DNA of 64,000 nt, from IMG/VR virus record IMGVR_UViG_3300021092_002038, positions 1 through 64,000 of that record. One strand, written 5' to 3'. The position numbers were made by a program, and so were the translations under genes. Source of the stretch: a virus. This document shows, piece by piece, positions 49,236-59,094 of the stretch. The notes below the pieces were generated by a model, which was given only the letters and a program-made list of their open reading frames with translations, did no database searches and was not told the origin of the DNA. Position 1 is the first letter of the stretch; every line of letters starts with the position of its first letter.

Positions 49236-49664
49236 TTATTTGGTTAATTGATTCACTATTTCTTTTTTAAAATCAATATATTTGTTGTTAATTTCTGGAT
49301 ATTTTTCAGCTATACTATTCCACTCAACATCTAATAACTTTATATTTTTATTATAGTTATCTAAATCTATGTTACCGATTGCGTGTACAACCGCATCTAC
49401 AATTTTTTGTGTTTCGCTTATACCGGCTTTTATATCTATTCTTTTTTTTCTATCAATATAATTTGTTATTACATGTAACACTTTAGACTTCATTGCAAAA
49501 TCTTTATCATCATACGGATTTATTTTTGTGGCTGGAAAAGTTCCATTTTTATCATCTTGCGAGTTTGTTGAATCGAATGGGTCACGGGGTTCATTTTCCA
49601 ATCCTTGTAAATTCATTTCGTATAAAACTTCTTGTATCAACGATTTTAGTTCTTTTTTTTTCAT
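49236..49664 (-). CDS. Hypothetical protein, probable internal head protein
   Basis: N-terminal MKKKELKSLIQEVLYEMN is nearly identical to that of 38347..39333. Confidence 0.55.
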   Translation of the reverse strand: MKKKELKSLIQEVLYEMNLQGLENEPRDPFDSTNSQDDKNGTFPATKINPYDDKDFAMKSKVLHVITNYIDRKKRIDIKAGISETQKIVDAVVHAIGNIDLDNYNKNIKLLDVEWNSIAEKYPEINNKYIDFKKEIVNQLTK

Positions 49665-49682
49665 GATATTTTTTAGTTATTT

Positions 49683-50072
49683 TCAAATTTTTATAATGTC
49701 AATTAGTTCAAGATTAATAGTTCGATAACCAATATCTGTGGTTATGATCAATGTGTTTTGAAATAAGTTCCAATCTATCTGATAATTTTTATCTAATCTT
49801 CCTCCGGTTTCTTCTTGAATAATTCTATTTAAAGAATTTAATGTGTAAAGTGTGTTTGTTTGTTTTTTTCTATGAATTGAAATTGTAGCAGGAAATTTTT
49901 TGTAAATTCCTTCGGAAAAAATATTGTAAGTCAAAATTATAGAGTCATCTTTTGATTTATCTTTAAAAATGAAAAATTTTTTATCCGATAAAGTATAGAA
50001 ACTTTTTATGGTTGTTATTAATCCGACATACTCTTTAACATTAGAAAATGTACATAACAATTGAATTTTCAT
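49683..50072 (-). CDS. Conserved hypothetical phage protein
   Basis: QLLCTF, LTYN and TISIHRKKQTNTLYTLNSLN motifs. Confidence 0.65.
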   Translation of the reverse strand: MKIQLLCTFSNVKEYVGLITTIKSFYTLSDKKFFIFKDKSKDDSIILTYNIFSEGIYKKFPATISIHRKKQTNTLYTLNSLNRIIQEETGGRLDKNYQIDWNLFQNTLIITTDIGYRTINLELIDIIKI

Positions 50073-50791
50073 TTTCTAATTAAAAAAGTGTTGTTAGATT
50101 CGTCAAAAAATTGAGTGCCGATTAATTCTCCGTCTTGAGTATACCAACGTTTGTCTTTTTTATAAAAATTAAGTTTTTTCGCTTCTTCAATAGTATACGT
50201 TATTGACTCGTTAGTTAAAATCTTTTCTACATATTCTTCTTTAGCTTTTTCAATTTCTTTATCTGCCATCATAGATTTTACGTCAGGTGTCGAACCGGAA
50301 ATAGGTATAGATGCTGGATCAGACGTGGGTGTAGAAACGTTTATGGTTGAAGAATCCGGATCGGCCGCTGGAGCTGCTGGAGCTGCTGGAGCTGCTGGAG
50401 CTGCTGGAGCTGCTGGAGCTGCTGGAGCTGCTGGAGCTGCTGGAGCTGCTGGAGCTGCTGGAGCAGTGATTGGTGTTGAAAATTGAAGGTTTGTTTGTCC
50501 GGCTTTAGGATTTTTTTCAAAATGGGTGCCTCTTTGTATAGCTCGTTGTTTATATTCTGCGGTCGGAAACGTCACTAATATTCCATTGTTATTATAAGCT
50601 TGTCTTTCTGGAAATCTTCCTTCTAACATGCGATTTCTCACGGCAATAGATTCTTCTTTGGAAGCTCCCATATTTTGTAAATATTCTTGAAATATATCAA
50701 GATGATCGTTATTATCAATTTCAAAAGTTCCGTTTGAAATTCTTTCATCCAATGAGATTTTATTTAAAAATTTTTCAGCTATAGTATTCAT
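50069..50791 (-). CDS. Hypothetical protein with (PAA)11 linker
   Basis: 240-aa ORF in the operon, with a Pro/Ala repeat linker. Confidence 0.6.
   Translation of the reverse strand: MNTIAEKFLNKISLDERISNGTFEIDNNDHLDIFQEYLQNMGASKEESIAVRNRMLEGRFPERQAYNNNGILVTFPTAEYKQRAIQRGTHFEKNPKAGQTNLQFSTPITAPAAPAAPAAPAAPAAPAAPAAPAAPAAPAAPAADPDSSTINVSTPTSDPASIPISGSTPDVKSMMADKEIEKAKEEYVEKILTNESITYTIEEAKKLNFYKKDKRWYTQDGELIGTQFFDESNNTFLIRK
50363..50464. repeat. 9-bp tandem repeat, 11 copies (Pro-Ala-Ala)
   Basis: tggagctgc units; Pro codons fall at 50369+9k up to 50459. Confidence 0.95.
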
Positions 50792-50793
50792 AA

Positions 50794-51990
50794 TTAATTA
50801 ACAAGTGTAACTTGTGGTCTAACAGATTGGTTTATAGAAAAGAACTTGAATTTTGGATTACTCAAAAAATTATTATTTTCATCAATAATAATCAATTTTA
50901 AATCGGGCGTGTTGTAAATTTGATTTATTTCCTTTACAACCTGTTCTCCAAAATTTTCTACATTTGGATATTGATTTAAAAAGCTATTTACAATGACCCC
51001 CACATCTTCCGAAAAAGATACAATTTCTTCGGTGTCTTGTTGATCCAAAGTTGGTTCGATTTGCGTGGGTGTTTTTTGTCCCGCCGACGTTGAAGCTGAT
51101 TTTTTAATATCATCAAACGGCAATTTAAAATAAACATCTTTGTCGACATCATTAACTTTAAATATAAAGTTTTTTCCTGTTGTCGTGGATGAACTTATAC
51201 TCTTTTCTTTCTTTTGTTCAACGGTATACTCTTTTAATTGTTTCAAAAAGTCGTAAAATTTTTGTATTTTTTTTGTTGTCCAAGAAGCTCTTGATCCTTC
51301 CCCGAGATCATCTGTCGATCGCCCTCTATCTTTATAATTTAAGATTGAAAAAAATATATTATTAAACTCTACTATTAATTTGCCTTCTTTATATTTTTTA
51401 GATTTTAATAAGCTTTCCAGATTTAATATTAATTTATTAAAATCGGTTATGGTATTCAAATTTAAATTGGTACCAAATCGTATTGCTTCTTTAGGGGTTT
51501 TTATTTTTTTAATCTCGTATGAGATTCCTCCAACTTGAACGTCTCCCTTTTTTCCTTTCGGAATTTTAGTTGCGCCATTTACAAGTAAAAGAATCGCAAA
51601 CTCGCCTTCTCCAACTTCCTTTTTTTGAAAACTTAAAAGTGTGGGATTTTGTTGTAAAAACTTAAATGCATCTCCTAATGTTTGAGATGGATAGTTTGTT
51701 TTAAAATTAACTAATTGATTATTTACGGTGTTTAAATACTCGTCCGATATATCGGTTCCCATGAATTTTTTCCAAGTGGCTTTTACATATTCTCGTGTGC
51801 CATTTATATCAACACTATTTTCAAACAATTGTTTAATTGTGTTTTCTTTAAAAAATGAATTGTAGTTACTTTTAATTAAAAAATCCTCAAAATCTAGAAA
51901 ACTGTTGCGATCTTTTATATTGAAATTAACTCCGCCATCATGTCGGTTCATGAAATATTCATTTAATATTTTTTCCAAACTAAGGTTCAT
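50794..51990 (-). CDS. Hypothetical protein with restriction-endonuclease-like motif
   Basis: VGEGEFAI...KGDVQVGGISYEIK resembles an E...D...ExK core. TATTTATA lies at 51999-52006. Confidence 0.5.
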   Translation of the reverse strand: MNLSLEKILNEYFMNRHDGGVNFNIKDRNSFLDFEDFLIKSNYNSFFKENTIKQLFENSVDINGTREYVKATWKKFMGTDISDEYLNTVNNQLVNFKTNYPSQTLGDAFKFLQQNPTLLSFQKKEVGEGEFAILLLVNGATKIPKGKKGDVQVGGISYEIKKIKTPKEAIRFGTNLNLNTITDFNKLILNLESLLKSKKYKEGKLIVEFNNIFFSILNYKDRGRSTDDLGEGSRASWTTKKIQKFYDFLKQLKEYTVEQKKEKSISSSTTTGKNFIFKVNDVDKDVYFKLPFDDIKKSASTSAGQKTPTQIEPTLDQQDTEEIVSFSEDVGVIVNSFLNQYPNVENFGEQVVKEINQIYNTPDLKLIIIDENNNFLSNPKFKFFSINQSVRPQVTLVN

Positions 51991-52032
51991 CGATACAATA
52001 TAAATATTAAGAGATATAGTAAAAAGTGTTAA

Positions 52033-53394
52033 TTATATATCAATTGATACCAAGTCTTGATAATTCTTACCAATGTGACATTTTACGGGAAATTGGTTGT
52101 CTACCATGATAGTTTTTATATTTACTAAGGTGTCTTTTTTATCATCTTTACACACATCAACCAAGATAGAATCGTATGTGTATAATACAACCTTTGACTT
52201 CTTGTTTTTTAAATAGTGATTGACTCGGTTTATATTTTGAATACTAAACTCAGTTTCTGCTGCTTGCAACAAATAGTTAAAAAGTTTATTTGGGTTGGCA
52301 TCGTGAATATGTTTATTTGTTATTCTTCTTTTAAATATCGGCGTCTCAACATATTGGTTTTGATTGAAGAAATCCCATCGGTGTGTGATGTATTCGTCTA
52401 CTTTTTTAAAATAATCAATATTTTTATATTCTTCTCTAACGCCACCGTAAAGATTTTGAAAAGTCAAATTTTTAGCCTTTTTTAAGTCTTCCACAGTTAT
52501 TTCTTCTTTTTCAAAATACTGTTTTGCCAAATATTCATAAATATTAAGTGATAAATCAAGTTTGTAATTTATTAAATTCGCAATAATGTGTGGGTGATAT
52601 GCGCTATAATCTATACTTAAAAGCATTCCGTCGTCGCCAAATCTAGACACAAAAGCAGATCTACAGCCATCTTCTTTATTTAATGCCGCGTAATTTATTT
52701 TTCCGAATCTATTGCTTGGTCTACCCGTCGAGGTGAAAAGATTGTATTCGGTATAAACAAAATTGGATTTTTGCTCAATTTCTTTTTCCTTAAAAAATTC
52801 ATTGAATTTAATCACATCAACATATAACCCATTCGATTCAACTTCAGCTAATGTCTCAGTGATAATTCCATTTAACTGTGAAAAAGACTCATCTATATAA
52901 AAATCAGTCATAGATGATCTCATTTTTTTATAATTTTTTTCAAACAATTCTATATGTTTGCTCACAGGTATTATATAATTAACATCAACTCGATCATCTA
53001 TATTTTTATATTTTATAAAATCGTGATAATTGGTCGTGGTCACTTCATCCAAAGAATCGGTTCCTTTTTGAAATTTAAAAATTAAAACGTCGTTTACGTT
53101 TTTGATTTTAAATAAATGTATAAATTTCTTTTTATCTGTTACAAATATTTTTTTTGATTTTTGTATAATTAAATTTAAAGTGTTGTTTATATTTAAATTT
53201 GAAAAATTTAAATCCTGATGAGTTTGGTTTAACAAATATAGCTCGTCAGTTTTTATATTTTTTATAAATAACAAAATTATCTCGTTTTTAATAGAATGAA
53301 CATTATGATTTTTTACAACGTAGTCTATAAATACTTCTTGATTGCATATATTGTTTAAAAAACTATTATAGTTTGTTGTATTCAACGACATCAT
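52033..53394 (-). CDS. Short family A DNA polymerase (polymerase domain, degenerate N-terminus)
   Basis: TSTGRPSN, motif A IDYSAYHP, motif B KAKNLTFQNLYG, NYLLQ and motif C YTYDSI. The TTG start at 53430 in the ORF track coincides with a -35 box, so ATG 53394 is preferred. Confidence 0.85.
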   Translation of the reverse strand: MMSLNTTNYNSFLNNICNQEVFIDYVVKNHNVHSIKNEIILLFIKNIKTDELYLLNQTHQDLNFSNLNINNTLNLIIQKSKKIFVTDKKKFIHLFKIKNVNDVLIFKFQKGTDSLDEVTTTNYHDFIKYKNIDDRVDVNYIIPVSKHIELFEKNYKKMRSSMTDFYIDESFSQLNGIITETLAEVESNGLYVDVIKFNEFFKEKEIEQKSNFVYTEYNLFTSTGRPSNRFGKINYAALNKEDGCRSAFVSRFGDDGMLLSIDYSAYHPHIIANLINYKLDLSLNIYEYLAKQYFEKEEITVEDLKKAKNLTFQNLYGGVREEYKNIDYFKKVDEYITHRWDFFNQNQYVETPIFKRRITNKHIHDANPNKLFNYLLQAAETEFSIQNINRVNHYLKNKKSKVVLYTYDSILVDVCKDDKKDTLVNIKTIMVDNQFPVKCHIGKNYQDLVSIDI

Positions 53395-53441
53395 CGTGTA
53401 AGAATCTAACATCCAAAACAAAACAGTCAATTATTTTATCA

Positions 53442-55907
53442 TTATAAGATTCCTGCAATTGCAGAACTCGGTCGCACAGTTGCGGTTACGCTAGTTATCC
53501 ACCCATCTCTATTTATTGAATGTTTTACCTCTCTTACTTGAAAAATAACTCCCGTATCATATGGTTTTGGTAAATTTTTTGCAGTAAAAATTTGAAACGA
53601 TCTAAAGCCTGATATTCCTAAAATAGTAAAATCTATTGTGACACCCGGCATTGGCATAGTACTTATGTTTGCAAATAGCGGGCTTTGATTGTCTGAAATC
53701 AGTTGGACCAAGAAAGATTCTGCGGTTTTTGGTAATTTAAGTCTGACTTTCTCTTCTGATTTTTCCTTTACTTCTACCGTACGAGATCTAAAAGTTGTTG
53801 GCTTAAACCCTAGAGGAGGAGACGATATCATCATGCTGTCTTCATCTATATTATTGTATTTTTGAGTTTTTGATGTGGTTGATGTGGTTGGATCGCTTTT
53901 TGTAGATGATCCTAAGTTCACCGGTTGGTTTTCTTTTGCTGCTGATAACATTTCATCGACTCCCATTTGAAATTTTCCTATATAACTTTGTCCTGTAGAA
54001 ATATCACTGTCTGCCGCCGAAGAAGTTTTCGGTAAATCGGTAACTGGCGCTGACTGTGATTCCGCATCGTAAAGTACCATATTGGCTACCTTATCCGACA
54101 GTTTCACATTGAAATTAAAACTTTTCAATATAGAATTTTGTGAATATACGTCAAACGGATATATTGTCGGATCCGTATCGGTTAATCCAAGGCTTGTTCT
54201 TAACTCTTTAATATGTTCGAGATTTAAAAATCTTTCGTCTCTTATAGAGAGAAGAAGTGGCTCTTGTTCGCATAATTTCAAATCCCATATTTTTGCAAAA
54301 CTGTTTAGATCTTGACACAGTGATTGAGCAAATTCTTTTATTGATCTATTTTTATCAAGTAATTCTAATACGCGTACATATTTAATATATACATCTTTTA
54401 AATTGCCTTTAAATTTTTCAGATTCTCCTCCTGTATAAGGAAAAGAGTATCTGCCTTTCTGGCCAGGAAACATTTTATATCTTAACCAGTTTATCACTTC
54501 ATCTAAATTTTGTCTGTTTGCGGTCTTTAATGCTTTAATCATTAATCTATTTTCAGGTTTTTTGAACGATGCGGGAGGGATAAATTCGTTAAGATCTGCT
54601 TGTCCGTTTAAATTCTCCGAGGTAAAACTGGGTGCGTTTTCGTTTGGTATTAAAAAATTAGAGGTGGTGGATATTAAATTGGGATGGGCTCCTATTATAG
54701 AACTATTTAGGTCTAGTTTTATAGCTGGTTTAGTACTTGGAAGTTCTATGTTCAATATATCAGCTAAAAGTCCTAAACTTATATAAAATGATTCGTCGCC
54801 TCTAAATTTGGTAGCGGATTCTTCTGTGATTATATTTGTATAGTTTTCTAAACTAAACAGTCCCCCCGCATTTACAACTGATTTTTTTTGGGACCACTGA
54901 ACTGCCTTGGAAAATATTTTAGAATAATCTGCATCATCCGCATTCATTGGAAACTGTGAGTTTGGTTTTGGAGAGTTATAATGTTCATACAATCGCTTAG
55001 TCAACCCTTTTAAATAAGAAAAAATATCACTTTTCATTCTCTCATAAATGGTTTGTTTGGGTTTGTTGTCTGCTCCGGTTTTTTCTTGGCCCTCCGGTGA
55101 GGCATCTTTTACAGATAATCCATAGTAAAATTTACTATTTGAATATAATTCAGTAGTACAATTAAATGACATATCGGAGGAGTCAAACGAGTAGTCGAAA
55201 TTTACTATGTGTCCAACTAAAGCGTCGTATTTTCCTTCTGACTTTTTAAGGTTTTCTTCTATTAATCCCGCGTTCGTATATGCTCCTAAAGTTCCTGAAC
55301 CTTTTTGTGTTATGTTTCCGGAATCATCTCTTTTGAGAGGCGTGCCTATTTCTGTTATGTCGATTAAACTCTCAGGATTATAAGTATTCCAACCCCATTC
55401 TAATAATACGGTGTTGTATGGTGAAAAAAAATAAGGAGTCATGTAATTTATCTGACTTACGGTAAAACATTTCCACTTTATTGTGGCTTTTCTAAAAATT
55501 TCTCGTTGAATGTCTACATCTATGCTTATAATTCCCGGAATAGGTCGGTGTTTTTGATATTCGTTTGTTATATTATTTTCAATATAGTGTGGTTTTCCTT
55601 TTCTGTCGTATCCGATTATTGTTGCGTTTTTTACGTTCTGACCATTCAACGAGGAATCAAAAGAGTTTTGAATTCCGTATTTATCTTTAAAAGAGTCGCC
55701 TCCATATAATACAAATCCGCTATATTGATTTACCTTAGAATTAGACACGGCGCGAATCCATGGCGTCATCGCTCCTTTATAATCTTTTATTTTTGAAAAA
55801 TCGCTTGTATAGTTGTTGCCGTATTTATCAGACCGACGTTCTATTTCGTTACGCATATATTTGGGTAACGGAACCGCTGCATACGGTGGATATAGTGTAT
55901 CAGACAT
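53442..55907 (-). CDS. Baseplate hub-like structural protein
   Basis: RPIPGI, ATIKWKC, LLEWGWN and C-terminal FTILGISG...FQV..VKH...GWIT motifs, located in the tail module. Confidence 0.65.
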   Translation of the reverse strand: MSDTLYPPYAAVPLPKYMRNEIERRSDKYGNNYTSDFSKIKDYKGAMTPWIRAVSNSKVNQYSGFVLYGGDSFKDKYGIQNSFDSSLNGQNVKNATIIGYDRKGKPHYIENNITNEYQKHRPIPGIISIDVDIQREIFRKATIKWKCFTVSQINYMTPYFFSPYNTVLLEWGWNTYNPESLIDITEIGTPLKRDDSGNITQKGSGTLGAYTNAGLIEENLKKSEGKYDALVGHIVNFDYSFDSSDMSFNCTTELYSNSKFYYGLSVKDASPEGQEKTGADNKPKQTIYERMKSDIFSYLKGLTKRLYEHYNSPKPNSQFPMNADDADYSKIFSKAVQWSQKKSVVNAGGLFSLENYTNIITEESATKFRGDESFYISLGLLADILNIELPSTKPAIKLDLNSSIIGAHPNLISTTSNFLIPNENAPSFTSENLNGQADLNEFIPPASFKKPENRLMIKALKTANRQNLDEVINWLRYKMFPGQKGRYSFPYTGGESEKFKGNLKDVYIKYVRVLELLDKNRSIKEFAQSLCQDLNSFAKIWDLKLCEQEPLLLSIRDERFLNLEHIKELRTSLGLTDTDPTIYPFDVYSQNSILKSFNFNVKLSDKVANMVLYDAESQSAPVTDLPKTSSAADSDISTGQSYIGKFQMGVDEMLSAAKENQPVNLGSSTKSDPTTSTTSKTQKYNNIDEDSMMISSPPLGFKPTTFRSRTVEVKEKSEEKVRLKLPKTAESFLVQLISDNQSPLFANISTMPMPGVTIDFTILGISGFRSFQIFTAKNLPKPYDTGVIFQVREVKHSINRDGWITSVTATVRPSSAIAGIL

Positions 55908-55909
55908 AC

Positions 55910-56209
55910 TTATTTATTTAAATTGTTGTATTCTTGCATTATAGAATCTATGTTAATAGGAATTCTTAATTGTAACCCAACAGGTATACTCAGTCTTCCG
56001 TTTCCAAGATTGTTAGATAAGGCTATAATCCACCATAAAGATGCGTCTTTATAAAATTTATATGCCAATGCATCAAGATAATCCGTTTCTTTTGAAATAT
56101 AAATAATATCCGAGTCTTGTGGCTGAATCGTAGGATATAATCTTGTTCCTAAGAACCTTTTACCATCAAATGTTTTTTTGACGTTTTTATTGTTGTCGTA
56201 TCGTGTCAT
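55910..56209 (-). CDS. LysM-like baseplate wedge protein (gp53/tail X-like)
   Basis: DYLDALAYKFYKDASLWWIIALSN...LQLRIP motif. Confidence 0.8.
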   Translation of the reverse strand: MTRYDNNKNVKKTFDGKRFLGTRLYPTIQPQDSDIIYISKETDYLDALAYKFYKDASLWWIIALSNNLGNGRLSIPVGLQLRIPINIDSIMQEYNNLNK

Positions 56210-59085
56210 GCTACAATTAATTGTTTAGAGAAACCACCACCGCTTTCACCGCCACCAAAGTTTCTTCCTCCGGTACGAGGCCTTTCTGTTTCTAATATAT
56301 CTGTACTTATTTGTATTTCACATTCGGTGGGAAATTGTGCGTATTTTCCGCCACTGTTGTTCCATTCAATTTGATTGTTTAAATACTTCCACGTATTAGA
56401 TTCATTATTTAATTCTGGAGTAATTTCCCAAATAACGTCTTCTGGTATAGATATGGTTACACTTTTTAAAATAACTGGTTGTTCTTTATATAAATCTCCA
56501 ATTGTTATAGTTATAAGCGGAGGTACTATAAAATTACTGACAGATGGAATCTTTTCTTTTATATACGTATAATCAGTGTATTTAGCCGGTTTAGTCAAAC
56601 CCACTAGGTAATTTATTCTCTTCCACATAGGTAATAATTCTTGTATGCTCATTGCAACTGCTTTGAAATTAAAACCTAATGTTCTGGTAAAACCTGTATA
56701 GTTACATAATTTATCCGCTCGACCTATATAGTTTATGTCTGCCCAATTGGCGTTAGCGTTCTCTTGAATTCCTTTGACTGTTGCTCTGAATGGAATGTAG
56801 GTTTCGTTTACAAGATCGTGAAAGTAAAATGCTATGAAATCGTCTTCATAGGGATTATATTTTTGCAAGGTTATCATCGACTCGCTTAATTTTCCTGGTT
56901 TATTATAAATTATAGATGAGTCGTCTACTCCCGGAAAATTTTTCACCATTATGGATAAAGAATTTATTGTATCCGATTTTCCTGTTGTTGATAATCCTTT
57001 TTGCGGGTTTGGGTTTTTATCATTTATGCTTTTTTCATATGAGCCAGATAACGGGCTCTGCGGATAACGATGATTTACTAATTTATTATATGTAACGTCT
57101 ACACGACTTTCATACGAAGTAGTATTATAGTCTGTATTTATTTTTTTTAATGCGTCATTTAAAGAATTTATTATATTTTTTTTATGTTCGTTTACTTCAG
57201 GTGAACCGCGAACAGATATAACTTTTCCTGTTGCGTCGAATGCGGAATCGGGTAAAAATTCTTTATTTTCGTTTCTTCCAGAAAGTCCGGTCCCCATGCC
57301 TGCGCCGTGGAGTGTTCTAACTCCTGAATTCGGATCTTCTTTTATTTTATTCGAATATGTACCTTTTATATTGTAGGCCGATTCATTTTTTTTATTTTTA
57401 TGTTCGTTTAATACAGATTCAACGCGAACAGATATAGGTTTTCCTGTTGCGTCTACACTTCCAGAAATTCCAGTCTCCATGACTGCGCTATGGTGTTTTA
57501 AAACTCCGAAAGGCGGATTTCCTGTTTCTGATGAGCCGGAAATCTTATATTCATTCGAATATGTACCTTCTATATTGTGGGCCGATTCATTTTTTTTATT
57601 TTTATGTTCGTTTAATACAGATTCAGCGCGAACAGATATAACTTTTCCTGTTGCGTCGAATGCGGAATCAGGTAAAAATTCTATTTTATTTCCGCTTCTT
57701 CCAGCCATTGCGCCTTGGAGTGTTCTAACTCCTGAATTCGGATCTTCTTTTATTTTATTCGAATATGTACCTTTTATATTGTAGGCCGCGTTACCGGAGT
57801 TTATTATAAATTTGATTTTATTATTTGCTTCTTGTCGATATCCCCAACTCTTTCCTTTGTTCTCGTCAGAAATATCTCTTGGAATTTGCGTATTGGGTTT
57901 TTCGGCTGTATCAGACGGTAATCTATAAGAACGAAAAGCTGGTTTACCTTCAAGGGTGGTATAAATGGATAATATATCCGAGAATTGATATGGTCCGGCT
58001 CCGGGTTCTAAATCCGATCTCTCTTTTCCTACATTACTACCATATTTTTTGTATCCGTGTGTATCATCTTTGATGTCATATCCCAACGGTGAACCGAAAT
58101 ATTGAGATTTCATCGGAATAGATTGTCCGAATATTTTTATTTTTTTATCGCTATCAGATGTAGAAGTTTGACCGAATTTTTTAATATTTTCTTTGGCCTT
58201 GCCTGTATTTTTTCCTGCCTCAAATCTTTGATAAAAATCTGTTCCCCAAGTTATAGGTTTTCCATTTTTATCAAAATAAGAAAATTTTTGAGGTTGCGTC
58301 AAAAATATTCCATAAGCTCCTTCATCCGCCCTGTATTTTGCGTTTCCTGGATGTTTCAGAGGACCAAATCCACCAAATAAACTTTTTGCAAAAGATACAA
58401 TTGGTAAAGAGGCTAAAAATCCACCCTTTGAAGATTTGGGATTCTTGATAGACAAACTATTATATGCACTGATTGCAGTTCCTGCTCTAATTAATCCCTT
58501 TGAATTATTTTGATTTAAAGTGGATAATGCTTGGGGTCCGACGGTGCCTTTAGGTGGAGTTGGTTTATTTAGTGCCGATACACCAACAATACTTGCTAAT
58601 GCTCCTAATAGTCCACCGCTCGTATCTATATGTCGGAGTGGATTTTTATCGGAGAATGGATTTATTTTAGTCGAAGCTGCCAGTATTGAACTCAGCGGAT
58701 TGTATATTCTTGTTTCGTTAAATGCTTGACTTTTTTGTAATAAAAATTGTTTCGTTAAAAAAAGTATGCCGTTTCCACCTATTAAAAATTTACTGACTCT
58801 TATAGTATCTTGCAATGTGCTTGCAAATGGAAATGCTCGACTTTCAAATCTTTTTAAACCGTTTATTCCTTTTCTTCCTTGATTTGGATTTACATAAACA
58901 TAAGGCTGTCTAGGTCCAAAACTAAAAAGTCCACTGTTTTCGGTATATGGAGATAGTTTCTTATACAAATTATTATTATTAGCATCGTATAATTGTTGTA
59001 TTTTACCCACCAAAGGCGAATTACTATAACCACTAGGCACTATAACCGTCGGCGGCACTATATTTGTTGTATTTTGATTTGCCAT
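56206..59085 (-). CDS. Baseplate/tail-tube initiator-like protein with internal repeats
   Basis: C-terminal IPFRA...W...YIGR...YTGFTR...F...PPLITITIGDLY tube-like domain; directly follows the tape measure gene. Confidence 0.65.
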   Translation of the reverse strand: MANQNTTNIVPPTVIVPSGYSNSPLVGKIQQLYDANNNNLYKKLSPYTENSGLFSFGPRQPYVYVNPNQGRKGINGLKRFESRAFPFASTLQDTIRVSKFLIGGNGILFLTKQFLLQKSQAFNETRIYNPLSSILAASTKINPFSDKNPLRHIDTSGGLLGALASIVGVSALNKPTPPKGTVGPQALSTLNQNNSKGLIRAGTAISAYNSLSIKNPKSSKGGFLASLPIVSFAKSLFGGFGPLKHPGNAKYRADEGAYGIFLTQPQKFSYFDKNGKPITWGTDFYQRFEAGKNTGKAKENIKKFGQTSTSDSDKKIKIFGQSIPMKSQYFGSPLGYDIKDDTHGYKKYGSNVGKERSDLEPGAGPYQFSDILSIYTTLEGKPAFRSYRLPSDTAEKPNTQIPRDISDENKGKSWGYRQEANNKIKFIINSGNAAYNIKGTYSNKIKEDPNSGVRTLQGAMAGRSGNKIEFLPDSAFDATGKVISVRAESVLNEHKNKKNESAHNIEGTYSNEYKISGSSETGNPPFGVLKHHSAVMETGISGSVDATGKPISVRVESVLNEHKNKKNESAYNIKGTYSNKIKEDPNSGVRTLHGAGMGTGLSGRNENKEFLPDSAFDATGKVISVRGSPEVNEHKKNIINSLNDALKKINTDYNTTSYESRVDVTYNKLVNHRYPQSPLSGSYEKSINDKNPNPQKGLSTTGKSDTINSLSIMVKNFPGVDDSSIIYNKPGKLSESMITLQKYNPYEDDFIAFYFHDLVNETYIPFRATVKGIQENANANWADINYIGRADKLCNYTGFTRTLGFNFKAVAMSIQELLPMWKRINYLVGLTKPAKYTDYTYIKEKIPSVSNFIVPPLITITIGDLYKEQPVILKSVTISIPEDVIWEITPELNNESNTWKYLNNQIEWNNSGGKYAQFPTECEIQISTDILETERPRTGGRNFGGGESGGGFSKQLIVA
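57180..57788. repeat. Three imperfect ~204-bp internal repeats
   Basis: NIKGTYSNKIKEDPNSGVRTL x2, EFLPDSAFDATGKVISVR x2 and ESVLNEHKNKKNESA x2, plus NIEGTYSN and DATGKPISVR variants. Confidence 0.85.
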
Positions 59086-59094
59086 ATGAATATT

